Both the position numbers and the translations under genes were made by a program. DNA of 64,000 nucleotides from Clostridium sp. (GTDB lineage Bacteria; Bacillota; Clostridia; Clostridiales; Clostridiaceae). Each line of letters starts with the position of its first letter. Within the stretch, counting starts at the first letter, position 1. Positions 10,889 to 21,909 of this stretch are shown here, one piece after another. Location of the stretch: contig DAVZGP010000008.1 in NCBI GenBank assembly GCA_052274345.1, positions 18,697 to 82,696 of the forward strand, written 5' to 3'. The notes below the pieces were generated by a model that worked only from the letters and a program-made list of their open reading frames with translations, did no database searches and had not been told where the DNA came from.

Positions 10889-11782
10889 TTAGTTTATTAA
10901 ACTACCATATTTATATACTATTGCTTTAACTACATCCACCATATAGTAAGAGAATGCTAGAATAAGTACTGCTAAAGAAATAACACCCGCTATTGAAATG
11001 ATTAAAACGCATAGGTTAGCTCCTATACTAAAACTTTCTCTAATTATAATAGCTAAGGTTGCAATTGAAATAAATACTCCTAAAATAACAAAAATAATTC
11101 CAAAATTCAATGAAAAATATGAGAATATAATTGAAATAATTTCGCAAGATAAAATAGGTAACGTTGAGATTAGTACTGCCTTAAAAACTATGAATGGAGT
11201 ACATTTTACTTTTGCAAAAAAACTTATTCCTAAATATATGCAAATAAATAAAACAATTAATCCTACTAAATATAATTCACAATTTCCAATAAATATTTTG
11301 CCATACGGTATAGTATTCATATATTTAAATTTATCAATAGCATTGTTTACAGAGTCTACGGTACTAGAATCAATATTATATGATGACGAGTTTTCACCAA
11401 CTAAAGCTGCTAATGAAGACAAGTTTCTATAAAAATTCGTAAAAATTGTTGATACACTACTAATAATTTGATTAACCCTCCAAATCCCTAGTATACCTTG
11501 CAGACATGTTAAAATAATCATAATAATTATGGCTGGTGTTTTCTGTGTTTTAGTTACAAATTCTTTACCACCAGAAACTGGATTTATTACTGAGTTTTTT
11601 AAAATGTTTATTATTTCAGAAACGTTAATTTGATTTGTTACTGATTTAACATGTTCGAAAGTTTGGTCCATTCTTTCTTTGTTGTGGTTTTCATTTGAAT
11701 TTTGATTTACCTTTGTGCCACAATTTGGGCAAAACTCTCCATTGCTCTCAATCTTAGAACCACATTTACTACAATATGTCAT
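10889..11782 (-). CDS. Zinc-ribbon, multi-pass (Yip1-like) membrane protein
   Basis: CSKCG...CPNCG then about five hydrophobic segments. Confidence 0.7.
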   Translation of the reverse strand: MTYCSKCGSKIESNGEFCPNCGTKVNQNSNENHNKERMDQTFEHVKSVTNQINVSEIINILKNSVINPVSGGKEFVTKTQKTPAIIIMIILTCLQGILGIWRVNQIISSVSTIFTNFYRNLSSLAALVGENSSSYNIDSSTVDSVNNAIDKFKYMNTIPYGKIFIGNCELYLVGLIVLFICIYLGISFFAKVKCTPFIVFKAVLISTLPILSCEIISIIFSYFSLNFGIIFVILGVFISIATLAIIIRESFSIGANLCVLIISIAGVISLAVLILAFSYYMVDVVKAIVYKYGSLIN

Positions 11783-11991
11783 AATACTCCCCCTTGAATA
11801 ACTAAAATAATTATTACCGTTACCTAATGTACTTCGTTATAAATTGCATTTGCTTTATAGTCTATTAAATATTCTATGCTTTTCCTTAAGTAATAGTCAT
11901 ATATGGTATAGTATATTAGTGTAGATATATTTCATTCTTTGCAATAACAACACTAATATTTAACAAATAATATAATATCGGGGGACTTAAA

Positions 11992-13458
11992 TTGAAATTT
12001 TGTACTAAATGTGGAAAAGAAGTTATAGAAGGAACACAATTTTGTACTAGCTGTGGAAACGACTTAAGAATAGAATCCACTGACCAATCCAAAACAGAAT
12101 CTAAAGTGGATTTAGATACTACAAAACCTGATCTTGATTACGATATAACTTCAGGTACTCCTGAAACAAAATCAGATCACGACATAAACTTAGTTACTAA
12201 TGAACCTAATGACAATATTTCAGGCCATTTAATATTGTCAAAGAAAAGCAAAATAGTCATGGCAGTATTAGCAATGTTACTAGTATTATTAATTGCTACT
12301 ATTAAAGTAGGTAATTCTTTATCCGATCCGAGTAAACTTGTAACAAGATTTCAGCAAGACGTAGAAACAAACAACACTTCTGATTTGGAAAATATACTAT
12401 GCTCGAGCGACACTAGACTTATTGTAGATAGCAAGAGCATTTCACCTTTATTATCATATTTTAAAAGTAAACCTACATATTTAACGCAGGTTATGCAGGA
12501 TTTAAAAGATGATTCTACTAACCCTAAGGATATTAGTAGCCTTAACACAAAGTCCAATAATACACTAACTTTAGCACGAAACGGAAAAAGTTTTTTCATT
12601 TTTCCCAAATATAAAATAAATGTTAAACCATCCTTTATTGACATAACAACTACAGTTAAAAATGTCTCTTTTTCAATTAATAATACTGTAATAGGAAAAA
12701 GTGAAACGGACAACTCCACAAAAGAATTTGGACCATACATGCCTGGTACTTATTCAATCTTAGCTAACTACAAAAATAAGTATGTCACTTTAAGCAAACC
12801 TTACTTAGTTGATCTTATAGAAACAAATGGATTTGCAAACATAAGTATATTTGATGATATGAGTTATATAAATATAACTTCTGATAAGCCTGATGCTAAC
12901 ATTTTTGTTAACGGAAAAAATGTAAATGTGAAGGTCGCAGATGCTAGCCATTTTGGCCCTATAGATAGCTCATCAAAAATATACGCAACATGTAAAGTTG
13001 ATGGCAAAACACTTACAAGTGATGAATACTTAGCTACAAATGACGATAAAAATGCTTTTTTAAGTTTTGAGAGTGCCAGTAATACAATAACTAATATTCA
13101 CTCACAGCTGGACAATCTTTTATACTACTACGCCTCTTCTATTGCACAGGCTATCAATAATGGCACACCTTCATTAATTGATACTTACGTAGCTTATGGA
13201 AGCTCATTATATAATACGCAACAATCATATATACAAAAAACCTATGATGCTGGAATAAAAGAAACTTATAATGATTCTAAAATTATAGATTACAATATTA
13301 ATGATGATAATACATCAGGAACCATAACCTCTTCAGAATCTTATACCATAGTTCATGCTGATGGTAGTGAAACTCCTAACACCTCAAGCTACATTTACGG
13401 TTTTAAACAAGATGCTTCTACCGGATACCAACTTACAAGTATAAGTAAGGCAAAATAA
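11992..13458 (+). CDS. TcaA-like membrane protein with N-terminal zinc ribbon (paralogue of 9416..10864)
   Basis: Identical start MKFCTKCG; shared block KINVKPSF.DITTTVK.VSFSINN...STKEFGPY.PGTYSILANYK; TTG start after GGGGG RBS. Confidence 0.75.
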   Translation: MKFCTKCGKEVIEGTQFCTSCGNDLRIESTDQSKTESKVDLDTTKPDLDYDITSGTPETKSDHDINLVTNEPNDNISGHLILSKKSKIVMAVLAMLLVLLIATIKVGNSLSDPSKLVTRFQQDVETNNTSDLENILCSSDTRLIVDSKSISPLLSYFKSKPTYLTQVMQDLKDDSTNPKDISSLNTKSNNTLTLARNGKSFFIFPKYKINVKPSFIDITTTVKNVSFSINNTVIGKSETDNSTKEFGPYMPGTYSILANYKNKYVTLSKPYLVDLIETNGFANISIFDDMSYINITSDKPDANIFVNGKNVNVKVADASHFGPIDSSSKIYATCKVDGKTLTSDEYLATNDDKNAFLSFESASNTITNIHSQLDNLLYYYASSIAQAINNGTPSLIDTYVAYGSSLYNTQQSYIQKTYDAGIKETYNDSKIIDYNINDDNTSGTITSSESYTIVHADGSETPNTSSYIYGFKQDASTGYQLTSISKAK

Positions 13459-13556
13459 ATAGGATTTCATTCTAATTTACCATTTACTAACTTAGTAACC
13501 TTATATGATAAGGCTTCATATATTAATATAGTAAAAATGTTTGAAGGGAGCCCTTT

Positions 13557-14261
13557 ATGTTTTACTGTCCAAAAAATTATATTGATCCTTATTCTTTTTA
13601 TAGAGATAACCTTATTTATAATGAAAACTCTCTGTATAGGGTTGCAACCATGAATTCATATATCAGAGTTCTTCATGCTTCACCTAACTCTCCAGCTGTT
13701 GATGTATATATTAATGATATATTAAAGTTTAAAAATCTTACGTATAGTACTTTTACAAATTATGTAGAAGTTATGACTGGTAATTACAATATAAAATTAT
13801 ATCCTGCTGGAACCAAAACCATTCCTGTACTTAATAAAAATGTTTTTATCCCACCGGGAAAAATTTATACAGTTGCAGCTATTGGTACATTACCAAACAT
13901 TGATTTATTATTAGTATTAGAACCTAAAGTTAATAATCCTTCTGATAACGCTTATATTAAATTTACACACTTATCACCTAATGCAGGTGCCGTGGATGTA
14001 ACACTCCCAAACGGTAAAATTCTTTTTAAAAACGTTGCTTATAAAGAATCTACTGATTATATGCAAGTTCCTCCTGGAACTTATACATTTGAAGTTAGAC
14101 CTACTGGTACTAAGAAAACAGTTTTATATATTCCAAATGTAAGATTAAAACCTCAACGATTTTATACTGTATACGCTATAGGTCTCGCAGGTGGTCACCC
14201 AGGCCTTCAAGCTTTAATTCCACTAGATGGTAGTTCTTATTTAGATTTTAGAGAAGACTAA
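13557..14261 (+). CDS. DUF4397 domain protein
   Basis: Repeated IRVLHASPNSPAVDVY / IKFTHLSPNAGAVDVT motifs. Confidence 0.85.
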   Translation: MFYCPKNYIDPYSFYRDNLIYNENSLYRVATMNSYIRVLHASPNSPAVDVYINDILKFKNLTYSTFTNYVEVMTGNYNIKLYPAGTKTIPVLNKNVFIPPGKIYTVAAIGTLPNIDLLLVLEPKVNNPSDNAYIKFTHLSPNAGAVDVTLPNGKILFKNVAYKESTDYMQVPPGTYTFEVRPTGTKKTVLYIPNVRLKPQRFYTVYAIGLAGGHPGLQALIPLDGSSYLDFRED

Positions 14262-14262
14262 T

Positions 14263-14300
14263 TAAAAAGCTACAGGTCCGAATTCACCTGTAGCTTTTTA
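14263..14300. terminator. Bidirectional intrinsic terminator
   Basis: TAAAAAGCTACAGGT-CCGAATTC-ACCTGTAGCTTTTTA between convergent genes. Confidence 0.85.
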
Positions 14301-14312
14301 GCTTTTTAATAT

Positions 14313-14795
14313 TTAATTATATAAATCACTATAAATTATCTTAAATACTTCTAGAGCTTGCTCAATCTTATCACGCAGTAAGTATTTCTTATTTTTTAAT
14401 TCTAATATACCAAGCTCTGTAATTTTGTAAATTTTCTGAGCTTTTTTAGATTCGTTCCACTCTCCAACCACAAATTTTTCTTTTTCTAGTTTTTTCAATA
14501 AAGGGTATATTCCGCCTGTACTAGGAATCCAATGACCATTTGTTCTCTCGCCTATTTTATGAGATATATCATTACCATTTGTTTCACCGAGACTTAGAGT
14601 ATACAAAACATATAACGGTAATAATCCTTTTGTGAATACTTGACCCACTGCTTCTTTTTCTTTTTTAACTTTTCGAAGCTCCAAAAGTTTTTTCTTGTAT
14701 TCAATGTATAATCTCTTTTCCTCGGCTTTAATGTCTATCTCATTTTCTTTACTTACTTCATTAGTAGGCTTTTTATCTAAGGTTCCTCTATGCAA
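14313..14795 (-). CDS. PadR-family transcriptional regulator
   Basis: GGIYPLLKKLE, KIYKITELG winged-helix motifs. Confidence 0.88.
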   Translation of the reverse strand: MHRGTLDKKPTNEVSKENEIDIKAEEKRLYIEYKKKLLELRKVKKEKEAVGQVFTKGLLPLYVLYTLSLGETNGNDISHKIGERTNGHWIPSTGGIYPLLKKLEKEKFVVGEWNESKKAQKIYKITELGILELKNKKYLLRDKIEQALEVFKIIYSDLYN

Positions 14796-15625
14796 ACCAT
14801 TCCTACCAAACCTGGTCCACTATGAACACCTGATACAGGACTTATATATCCTCCAAATTCTATGGAAATAACATTTGGATGTTTTCCTATTTTCTCCATT
14901 ACTTGTTTTGTCTCATCCATCGCATCACCATGCAACATATAGACCCTACATTTCTTCTTATCCAAAATGTTATTTGTTAGTTCTATAAGTTTATTGAGAG
15001 ATTGTTTTCTACCACGTACCTTTTCGACAGTACAATACTTACCATCCTCATCAAAAGAAATTATAGGTTTAATGTTTAAAAGCTCAGCTATTGTTCCTGA
15101 AACTTTCCCTATTCTTCCACCTTTTTTTAAATACTCTAAAGTACCCACTACAAAATATAGATGAATTCTTTCTTTAATAGACGGAATAGCATTAACTACT
15201 TCCTCAAAGCTCTTGCCTTCTTGTATAAGCTTTCCACATTCTGTAACTATTAATCCCTCACCAAGTGCTATTGATTGTGAATCACATACGTGAGTTATAA
15301 TTCCTGGATGATTCTCACTTGTAAGTTTCATCGCGTTATATATACCAGATAACCCTGTAGATAAAGTTATTGCTACAGCATGGGTGTAACCCTCTTCTTC
15401 TAATCTTAGGAATAGTTCCTCCATATCCTTCATTGATGGTAATGAAGATGTAGGTACTTCTATCTTCATGTTATCATAAACTTCCTGCGGCGATATATCT
15501 ACATTATCTAAATACTCTCTATCAGAATAGATAATCCTAAAGGGTAATACATTAATACTGTATTTCTGTGTTACGTCACTTCTTAAATCGCTTGTAGTGT
15601 CTGTTATAAGCGCTATCTTATCCAA
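14777..15625 (-). CDS. DegV-family fatty-acid-binding protein
   Basis: ITDTTSD, LSTGLSG, LKKGGRIG, HSGPG motifs; TTG start at 15625 after GGAGG. Confidence 0.92.
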   Translation of the reverse strand: MDKIALITDTTSDLRSDVTQKYSINVLPFRIIYSDREYLDNVDISPQEVYDNMKIEVPTSSLPSMKDMEELFLRLEEEGYTHAVAITLSTGLSGIYNAMKLTSENHPGIITHVCDSQSIALGEGLIVTECGKLIQEGKSFEEVVNAIPSIKERIHLYFVVGTLEYLKKGGRIGKVSGTIAELLNIKPIISFDEDGKYCTVEKVRGRKQSLNKLIELTNNILDKKKCRVYMLHGDAMDETKQVMEKIGKHPNVISIEFGGYISPVSGVHSGPGLVGMVCIEEP

Positions 15626-15780
15626 ATTAACCCCTCCTACATTAAATATTATCATCATTATATCACTATAATATATGTGTATCAATACTGATACATATGT
15701 ATTCATTTATATATTAATTTATCCAATAAATATAAATATATACAATCATGCATAGAAAATATCGTGAGAGAGTTATTATT

Positions 15781-15868
15781 GGGGACGGTTAACAACTAAT
15801 TGCTTTAAATAATTGAAAATAGTGGGGACGGTTAACAACTAAATGGTATTTATAATAGTTAACCGCAT
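15781..15868 (+). repeat. RAYT-associated repeat cluster: two direct copies (15781..15800, 15824..15843) plus partial inverted copy (~15856..15868)
   Basis: GGGGACGGTTAACAACTAA twice; TAGTTAACCGC remnant. Confidence 0.9.
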
Positions 15869-15918
15869 GTTTAATAATAAATATCTTTAATTTTATTACT
15901 AGTACAAGTCGTATTATC

Positions 15919-16701
15919 TCACTCAGGTACTTTCATTAAACCAGAAATATATTTTACAACTTCTATCTCACTATAAAATACCTTTGAATATTCCATAGGT
16001 TTCCTTCCAATTACAAATGCCATTATGTTATTATCTATAGCAGCTTTTATTTTATCATATGTTCCACCTTGGACTCCACTATCCTTCATAAGTATCGCTT
16101 TAGCCCTGTATTCTTTAATAAATCCACAATTAAGTTCATATCCTATAGGCCCCTTCATTGCCACTATATCATCAACTTTTACACCTAAATCTAATATTTC
16201 CACTAAAACTTTAACCGATGGTAGAACCCTATGTATCACTCTGTTTTTTAAATTAAAGTCTAAAATCTTAACTATATTTCTGCTACCAGTAGTATTAAGA
16301 ATAGTTCCATCTATTTTTTTAAGATGTTCATAAAGGCTCTCATAATTTTCCACCACAACTACATTTTTATTATCCTTAAATTTTTTAAGAACTGGAGGCC
16401 TCTCATATCTAACATATTGCACTCCGCAGACTTTACAGGCTTCGATTGCATTTTCTGTAATCTCTAGCGCATAAGGATGAGATGCATCAATTAAAATTTT
16501 TATGTCATTTTCTTTTATAACCTTTATAAGTCCAACTAAATCTAATGGTTTCTCATTAAACACCTTATATTTATAATCCTTCAAAAGCTCTGCACCATAT
16601 GCAGTAGCTGTTGATATAAAAATATCCTCTGTAAAATTATTTAACCCTGAAAGAATATTTTTTCCTTCTGAAGTACCTACAATTAAACCTATCATCATCA
16701 T
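15919..16701 (-). CDS. cbiJ: Cobalt-precorrin-6A reductase
   Basis: GTSEG, IDASHPYA, RYERP, AMKGP, KDSG motifs. Confidence 0.93.
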   Translation of the reverse strand: MMMIGLIVGTSEGKNILSGLNNFTEDIFISTATAYGAELLKDYKYKVFNEKPLDLVGLIKVIKENDIKILIDASHPYALEITENAIEACKVCGVQYVRYERPPVLKKFKDNKNVVVVENYESLYEHLKKIDGTILNTTGSRNIVKILDFNLKNRVIHRVLPSVKVLVEILDLGVKVDDIVAMKGPIGYELNCGFIKEYRAKAILMKDSGVQGGTYDKIKAAIDNNIMAFVIGRKPMEYSKVFYSEIEVVKYISGLMKVPE

Positions 16702-16768
16702 TCACTCCTGTCCACCTTAATAATGTTCCTGGGAAAATAGTTGGTTGTGAAATAAAAGAGAAAATGAT

Positions 16769-16911
16769 GGGGACGGTTAACAACTAAAGAATATTTATGA
16801 TACCTAAAAACACGATAAAACAGTTGATTGAATCACGATTAAAAGCGGGGACAGTTAATAACTTTCCCCTGTTTTTATTATGATAAAAGTCTATTAGTTG
16901 CTAACTGTCCC
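16769..16911. repeat. RAYT-associated repeat cluster: + copies 16769..16787 and 16847..16863, - copy 16893..16911
   Basis: GGGGACGGTTAACAACTAA; GGGGACAGTTAATAACT; ATTAGTTGCTAACTGTCCC. Confidence 0.9.
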
Positions 16912-16952
16912 TCAATCTTCCCTCGACTTCACCCCCACCCTTTTGCGTTATT

Positions 16953-17669
16953 CTAAACTTTATATCCTCTTGGTGTTATAAATTTACCATCTTTTACGTA
17001 ACTTTGGCTGTTACCAATTATAACAATTGACATCATGTCAACTATATTCTCGTCAAAAGTGTCTAGTGTTGATATACTTACTTCTTGTCCCTCTCTAAGC
17101 GCATTTTTAACTACAGCTATTGGAGTGTTTCCATCTCTGTACATTTTTATTATGTTTATACATTCTCTTAAATAATGAGGTCTGCCCTTACTTTTAGGAT
17201 TATATAATGATATAACAAAATCACCTTCTGCGGCTAAATTTACTCTTTGTTGAATTAATTCATAAGGAGTCATTAGATCACTTAAACTTATGTTGCAGTT
17301 ATCATGCATTAACGGTGCACCAAGTACTGATGCAGCAGCAGATGATGCAGTAACCCCTGGAATAATTTCAACTTCCTCATCAAGCCTAAGCTGAAGAATT
17401 AGTCCTGCCATTCCATAAATCCCAGAATCTCCGGTACTTACTACGCTGACTATCTTGTCATGACTAAGCTCTAATGCTTTTTTGCATCTCTCTTCCTCCC
17501 CCTTCATGCCTGTTGAAAATATTTCTTTGCCAGCAAGTAATGGTTTTATCATATCTATATATTTATTATAACCTACAACTATATCACTTTCTTTAATAGC
17601 GTCCATTGCTCGTATTGTCATATGCGAAAGTCCGCCCGGTCCTATTCCAATTACATATAATTTCCCCAA
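16953..17669 (-). CDS. cbiH: Cobalt-precorrin-3B C17-methyltransferase
   Basis: GIGPG, SGIYGMAG, SLSDLMTP, LYNPKS, ITPRGY motifs. Confidence 0.95.
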   Translation of the reverse strand: MGKLYVIGIGPGGLSHMTIRAMDAIKESDIVVGYNKYIDMIKPLLAGKEIFSTGMKGEEERCKKALELSHDKIVSVVSTGDSGIYGMAGLILQLRLDEEVEIIPGVTASSAAASVLGAPLMHDNCNISLSDLMTPYELIQQRVNLAAEGDFVISLYNPKSKGRPHYLRECINIIKMYRDGNTPIAVVKNALREGQEVSISTLDTFDENIVDMMSIVIIGNSQSYVKDGKFITPRGYKV

Positions 17670-17689
17670 TTTAACTTCTCCTTCACTAT

Positions 17690-18442
17690 CTATTTTTTTC
17701 CTTCACGAAACATATGTGTAAAGGTCTTATCATACAAAAGACTCTTCTCATATTCACAATCTATGAAATCGCCCACAAGAATTTGAGCACACTTTGTTAT
17801 TTTAGCTTCCTTAACTTTCTCTGCTATATCATCTAAAGTTCCAATAATAGCCCTTTCATCCGCCCATGTAGCTCTCTCAATAACTGCTATTGGAACGTTT
17901 CTACCGTAACCTGCCTTAAGTTTTGCAACAACTTTATCAATCATACTTATAGATAAGAAAATGGCCATCGATGCACCAATTGATGCAAGTTTTTCTAGAT
18001 CTTCAGTCTCTGGCACTGGAGTTCTGCCCTCAACTCTTGTAAGTATAAGCGTTTGGGTTACACTTGGTAGCGTAAATTCTTTTTTGATAACAGCCGCCGC
18101 AGCCGAGAAGGAACTTACCCCTGGGACAATAGAATAATCTATATTCAACTTATCTAACTCATCCATCTGTTCTTTTATTGCTCCATATATAGCTGGGTCG
18201 CCAGTATGAAGTCTTACCACATTTTTATTCTCATTATGTGCTTTTTTCATAACCTCAATAACATCCTCAAGAGTCATTGAAGCAGAATTATGAACTACAA
18301 CATCTTTTTTACAAAATGTGATATGCTCAGCACTTACAAGTGACCCCGCATAAATAACCACATCTGTCTCAGATAATATATTTCTTCCCTTCACTGTAAT
18401 TAAATCCACATCACCTGGTCCTGCTCCAATAAAATAAACCAT
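17690..18442 (-). CDS. cbiF: Cobalt-precorrin-4 C11-methyltransferase
   Basis: GAGPGD, YAGSLV, RLHTGDP, EQM, TQTLILTR motifs. Confidence 0.95.
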   Translation of the reverse strand: MVYFIGAGPGDVDLITVKGRNILSETDVVIYAGSLVSAEHITFCKKDVVVHNSASMTLEDVIEVMKKAHNENKNVVRLHTGDPAIYGAIKEQMDELDKLNIDYSIVPGVSSFSAAAAVIKKEFTLPSVTQTLILTRVEGRTPVPETEDLEKLASIGASMAIFLSISMIDKVVAKLKAGYGRNVPIAVIERATWADERAIIGTLDDIAEKVKEAKITKCAQILVGDFIDCEYEKSLLYDKTFTHMFREGKK

Positions 18443-18471
18443 TAACTTCACCTATCCTTTATTATTGTTGA

Positions 18472-18493
18472 ATTAGTTGTTACCTGTCCCTAC
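18472..18493 (-). repeat. RAYT-associated repeat, single copy
   Basis: Minus strand GTAGGGACAGGTAACAACTAAT between cbiL and cbiF. Confidence 0.85.
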
Positions 18494-18509
18494 CTTATTC
18501 TGTCTTGAC

Positions 18510-19175
18510 TCACTCTTTTTTCGCGATTATTAAGCTCATATATTCTTTATTTTTTAATATATCTTCTCGACATCGAAGGACTTCTTGTCCTTCTCTACCA
18601 GCTCTTTTAATATATACATAAGTATAGCCTTTTGATTCTAGACAATCTAAAACTTTTTCTTCGATTTTATAAACCTTCATAATTACTAGAAATTTTTCAT
18701 CTTTTATAGTATCAAGCCTAGTTGCTGGAAGTATTAAAAGCGGTTCATTGCCAATAACTAAATACTCATTGGCAATGCTTGCGCAAGCACAAAATGAAGT
18801 TATACCAGGAACCGTCTCAACTTCATATCCACTTTCCTTTATGTAATTCAATAAATATATATACGTGCTATATACAAATGGATCACCTATTGTTAGAAAG
18901 GCCACATCTTTACCAGATTTCAATTTCTCTTCAATAGACTTAAATGCTTCATAAATCTTTTCTTCCTGCTCTGCTCCACCCATAGGAAAATGTTTAACCA
19001 GCACTTCTGAATCCTTGCTAATATATTCCTCTGCTATTTCATGAGCTATACTTTTTCCACCATTCATAGCACTTGGAACTACTATAACATCACATTTACC
19101 GATAGTTTTTATTGCCTTTATCGTAAGTAGTTCCTTGTCTCCAGGTCCTACCCCTACCCCATATAATTTCGCCAT
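18510..19175 (-). CDS. cbiL: Cobalt-factor II C20-methyltransferase
   Basis: GVGVGPGD, FPM, TIGDPFVYST, PGITS, YMSL motifs. Confidence 0.93.
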   Translation of the reverse strand: MAKLYGVGVGPGDKELLTIKAIKTIGKCDVIVVPSAMNGGKSIAHEIAEEYISKDSEVLVKHFPMGGAEQEEKIYEAFKSIEEKLKSGKDVAFLTIGDPFVYSTYIYLLNYIKESGYEVETVPGITSFCACASIANEYLVIGNEPLLILPATRLDTIKDEKFLVIMKVYKIEEKVLDCLESKGYTYVYIKRAGREGQEVLRCREDILKNKEYMSLIIAKKE

Positions 19176-19273
19176 TTATACCCCTCCATCTTTAGTAAAA
19201 TAGTCTCTACCCATGCCCTTTTACTAACACATTAATTATAAGTCATTATTTTAATATATTATCATGTAGATAT

Positions 19274-19879
19274 TTAATTTATATTTTCTATAACAACCAC
19301 ACTAAGATCGTCAAAAACCATATCCTTAATTTCTAAAACTGTGCCTTTTACAATTTTTTCATCCACATATGATAATTCCATACCAACATATATGGTCGCT
19401 GTTATATTATTATCAAAAAGTTTTCTACACAAAGCTTGCGGTGAATTACTTTTATCGGTAAGCCACACAGATATTTCACGATTACTCACAATTTCTATAA
19501 AATCTTCTTGCCTTCCATGCATACTACCTAGATGAGCATTTTGCCACGGTTTTTTAAGCTTACACATTAAATATTGAAAAGAACTTATACCAGGTACTAT
19601 TTCTATTTCACCTTTAAAGTTATTATTTATATAGTTTACTATACCATAAAAACATGGATCACCTGATGCTATTATTGCGATATTTTTATCAATGTTTTCT
19701 GTTATATAATGCATAATAGCCTTTAATGTTTTAACTACTATCTTTTTAACATTAGTTTTAGGTATACTCGCCGTAGCTCTTTCAAACCCTATAATCACAT
19801 CCACTTTTTCCATAGTTTCTACTGCCAAAGGAATAATATATTTTGGGCTTCCAGGCCCAATGCCAACTATATAAACCAT
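19274..19879 (-). CDS. cbiE: Cobalt-precorrin-7 C5-methyltransferase
   Basis: GIGPG, ASGDPCFYG, PGISS, SMHGR motifs. Confidence 0.93.
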   Translation of the reverse strand: MVYIVGIGPGSPKYIIPLAVETMEKVDVIIGFERATASIPKTNVKKIVVKTLKAIMHYITENIDKNIAIIASGDPCFYGIVNYINNNFKGEIEIVPGISSFQYLMCKLKKPWQNAHLGSMHGRQEDFIEIVSNREISVWLTDKSNSPQALCRKLFDNNITATIYVGMELSYVDEKIVKGTVLEIKDMVFDDLSVVVIENIN

Positions 19880-19911
19880 ATTTTCTGCAACCTTTCACTA
19901 TTTATTCACCT

Positions 19912-19986
19912 ATTAGTTGTTAACTGTCCCTACTTATTTGGTTGATTATCTGTTTAATTCCTTGTTCATTAGGTCTTAACCGTCCC
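19912..19986 (-). repeat. RAYT-associated repeat pair (19912..19933, 19968..19986)
   Basis: ATTAGTTGTTAACTGTCCCTAC and ATTAGGTCTTAACCGTCCC; second copy shares its first G with the cbiD TAG stop. Confidence 0.88.
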
Positions 19987-21071
19987 TAATTATCTTCCCT
20001 AGTGTCACACAGAATTCCTTTATTCATAGAAAACATAATAACTTCTGCAGGTATTGTTTCGTATGTATACTGAAATAACTTTTTCTTTACTTTATTTGCA
20101 ATATTTTTATATATTTCGTTGTAATCATCCTCTAATAGCTTTATTGCACCCTCAGTAGTTTTTTCTTTATAAACATTAGTTACAATATCAGTAGGCGCCC
20201 CTATTAAGGCTAATTCTAGTGCTATTACTTCAAGCCTCACATCACATACTCTGCTATGAGTTTGAAAACATCCCGCCGCTATTTTGCATGCTTTTCCTAT
20301 ATGCCCTATAAGAAGAATGTTTTCTATATGTTTTTCCATGCAACTATTTAAAGCAAATCCTATATAGTTTGAAACCATTACTATGTTATCAGATTTAAGC
20401 CCTATTTTTGCAGCCATATCTTCTCCCATATTCCCAAAAACTAAGGTAAGATTCTTATGACCAGCGGCTACCTTTTGAGATATCTCTATATTAATAGATT
20501 CTGTAAGGGCTTCTTGTGACATTGGTGTAACAATGCCTGTTGTTCCTAGAATTGATATACCACCCTCAATTCCTAATCTTGGATTAAATGTTTTTTTGGC
20601 TACCTCTTCCCCCTCAGGAACAAATATAGTAATTGTAATACCGGCATCTTTAGGTAGAACTTCCTTTACTTCCTTTTCTATCATTTTTCTAGGTACTGGA
20701 TTTATCGCCCATTCACCTTTAGCTACGTATAATCCTTCTCCTCTAACTATTCCAACGCCTTTTCCACCTTTTAAGGTATATCCTGGTTCTGATTTTTCAG
20801 CCCTTGACCAGATTTCCATGCCATGAGTTGCATCTGGATCATCTCCACCATCCTTTATAATGCAGCACTCAACAAAGTTTTCCCCTTTTACTACCTTACA
20901 TATAGGAAGCAACAGTTCTATGCCCTTTGGGGTGTCTATCCTTATCTCATCTATATCAGAATTGTAAAACAGTATTTGTGTAGCTGCCTTTGCAGCCCCT
21001 GCAGCACAAGATCCAGTTGTATATCCACATCTAAGTTTTTTTCCATTAAAATTAACATATAAATCAAGCAA
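19986..21071 (-). CDS. cbiD: Cobalt-precorrin-5B C1-methyltransferase
   Basis: [37 protein letters not shown] motifs. Confidence 0.96.
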   Translation of the reverse strand: MLDLYVNFNGKKLRCGYTTGSCAAGAAKAATQILFYNSDIDEIRIDTPKGIELLLPICKVVKGENFVECCIIKDGGDDPDATHGMEIWSRAEKSEPGYTLKGGKGVGIVRGEGLYVAKGEWAINPVPRKMIEKEVKEVLPKDAGITITIFVPEGEEVAKKTFNPRLGIEGGISILGTTGIVTPMSQEALTESINIEISQKVAAGHKNLTLVFGNMGEDMAAKIGLKSDNIVMVSNYIGFALNSCMEKHIENILLIGHIGKACKIAAGCFQTHSRVCDVRLEVIALELALIGAPTDIVTNVYKEKTTEGAIKLLEDDYNEIYKNIANKVKKKLFQYTYETIPAEVIMFSMNKGILCDTREDN

Positions 21072-21140
21072 TGTTTACACCCCCTGATAAGGTTGTTATT
21101 TATTTTAAATACCTAATAATTATGAAAACCTAGCTACGTA

Positions 21141-21767
21141 CTAACTCCTATCTACAATCATATACATTAATGCGTTTAATATAGATGCAGCCACTGTGCT
21201 TCCGCCTTTTCTTCCCCTTACAACAATCATTGAAAGGTCTAATTTTTCGATTTCTATTTTAGATTCAGCAGCTCCAACAAAGCCAATAGGTGCAGCTAGT
21301 ATAAATTTAGCATTACATTTCCCTTCCTCAATTAGTTCTTTTAATCTAAATAAAGCTGTAGGTGCATTGCCAAATATAAAGAATTCAACCCCGTCATCTA
21401 CTGCCTTCTCAACCGCTGCCATAGAACGCGTTATATGACGTGCTTTAGCTATTTCAGCCACCTTTTCATCACTAACATAACATAGTGCATTGCAATTCAA
21501 GTCTTTAAGAGCTTTTTTATTTATACCTGCAAGTGCCATTTTTGTATCAGTATATATAGTTACTCCTTTTTTAAGCAACTCTACAGCTGTGTCTATTGCC
21601 CCATCTCGAATATATAATATATTCATATATTCAAAATCTGCTGTTGTATGTATTACTCTTTTTACTATTGAAAGCTCTCTAGGCGAATATTCATGTTCCC
21701 CCATCTCTGATCCAATAATTTCAAAACTTCTCTTTTCTATATCCATAGGAATTTTTATGTAATCCAT
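21141..21767 (-). CDS. cbiC: Cobalt-precorrin-8 methylmutase
   Basis: IEKRSF, RVIHTTAD, TRS, GNAPTAL, GFVGAAESK, GRKGGS motifs. Confidence 0.96.
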   Translation of the reverse strand: MDYIKIPMDIEKRSFEIIGSEMGEHEYSPRELSIVKRVIHTTADFEYMNILYIRDGAIDTAVELLKKGVTIYTDTKMALAGINKKALKDLNCNALCYVSDEKVAEIAKARHITRSMAAVEKAVDDGVEFFIFGNAPTALFRLKELIEEGKCNAKFILAAPIGFVGAAESKIEIEKLDLSMIVVRGRKGGSTVAASILNALMYMIVDRS

Positions 21768-21820
21768 ATTTTAATCTCCTTTTGTTTTAATATAAATGAG
21801 TGACTTAAGTGACTTAAGTC

Positions 21821-21895
21821 GGGGACGGTTAAGAACTAATTGACTTATCCCACCTATAAATAGGTGTAAATAGTTGGGGACAGTTAACAACTAAT
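21821..21895 (+). repeat. RAYT-associated repeat pair (21821..21840, 21876..21895)
   Basis: GGGGACGGTTAAGAACTAAT and GGGGACAGTTAACAACTAAT separated by 35 nt. Confidence 0.9.
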
Positions 21896-21909
21896 CTGAC
21901 CTAATTCCC

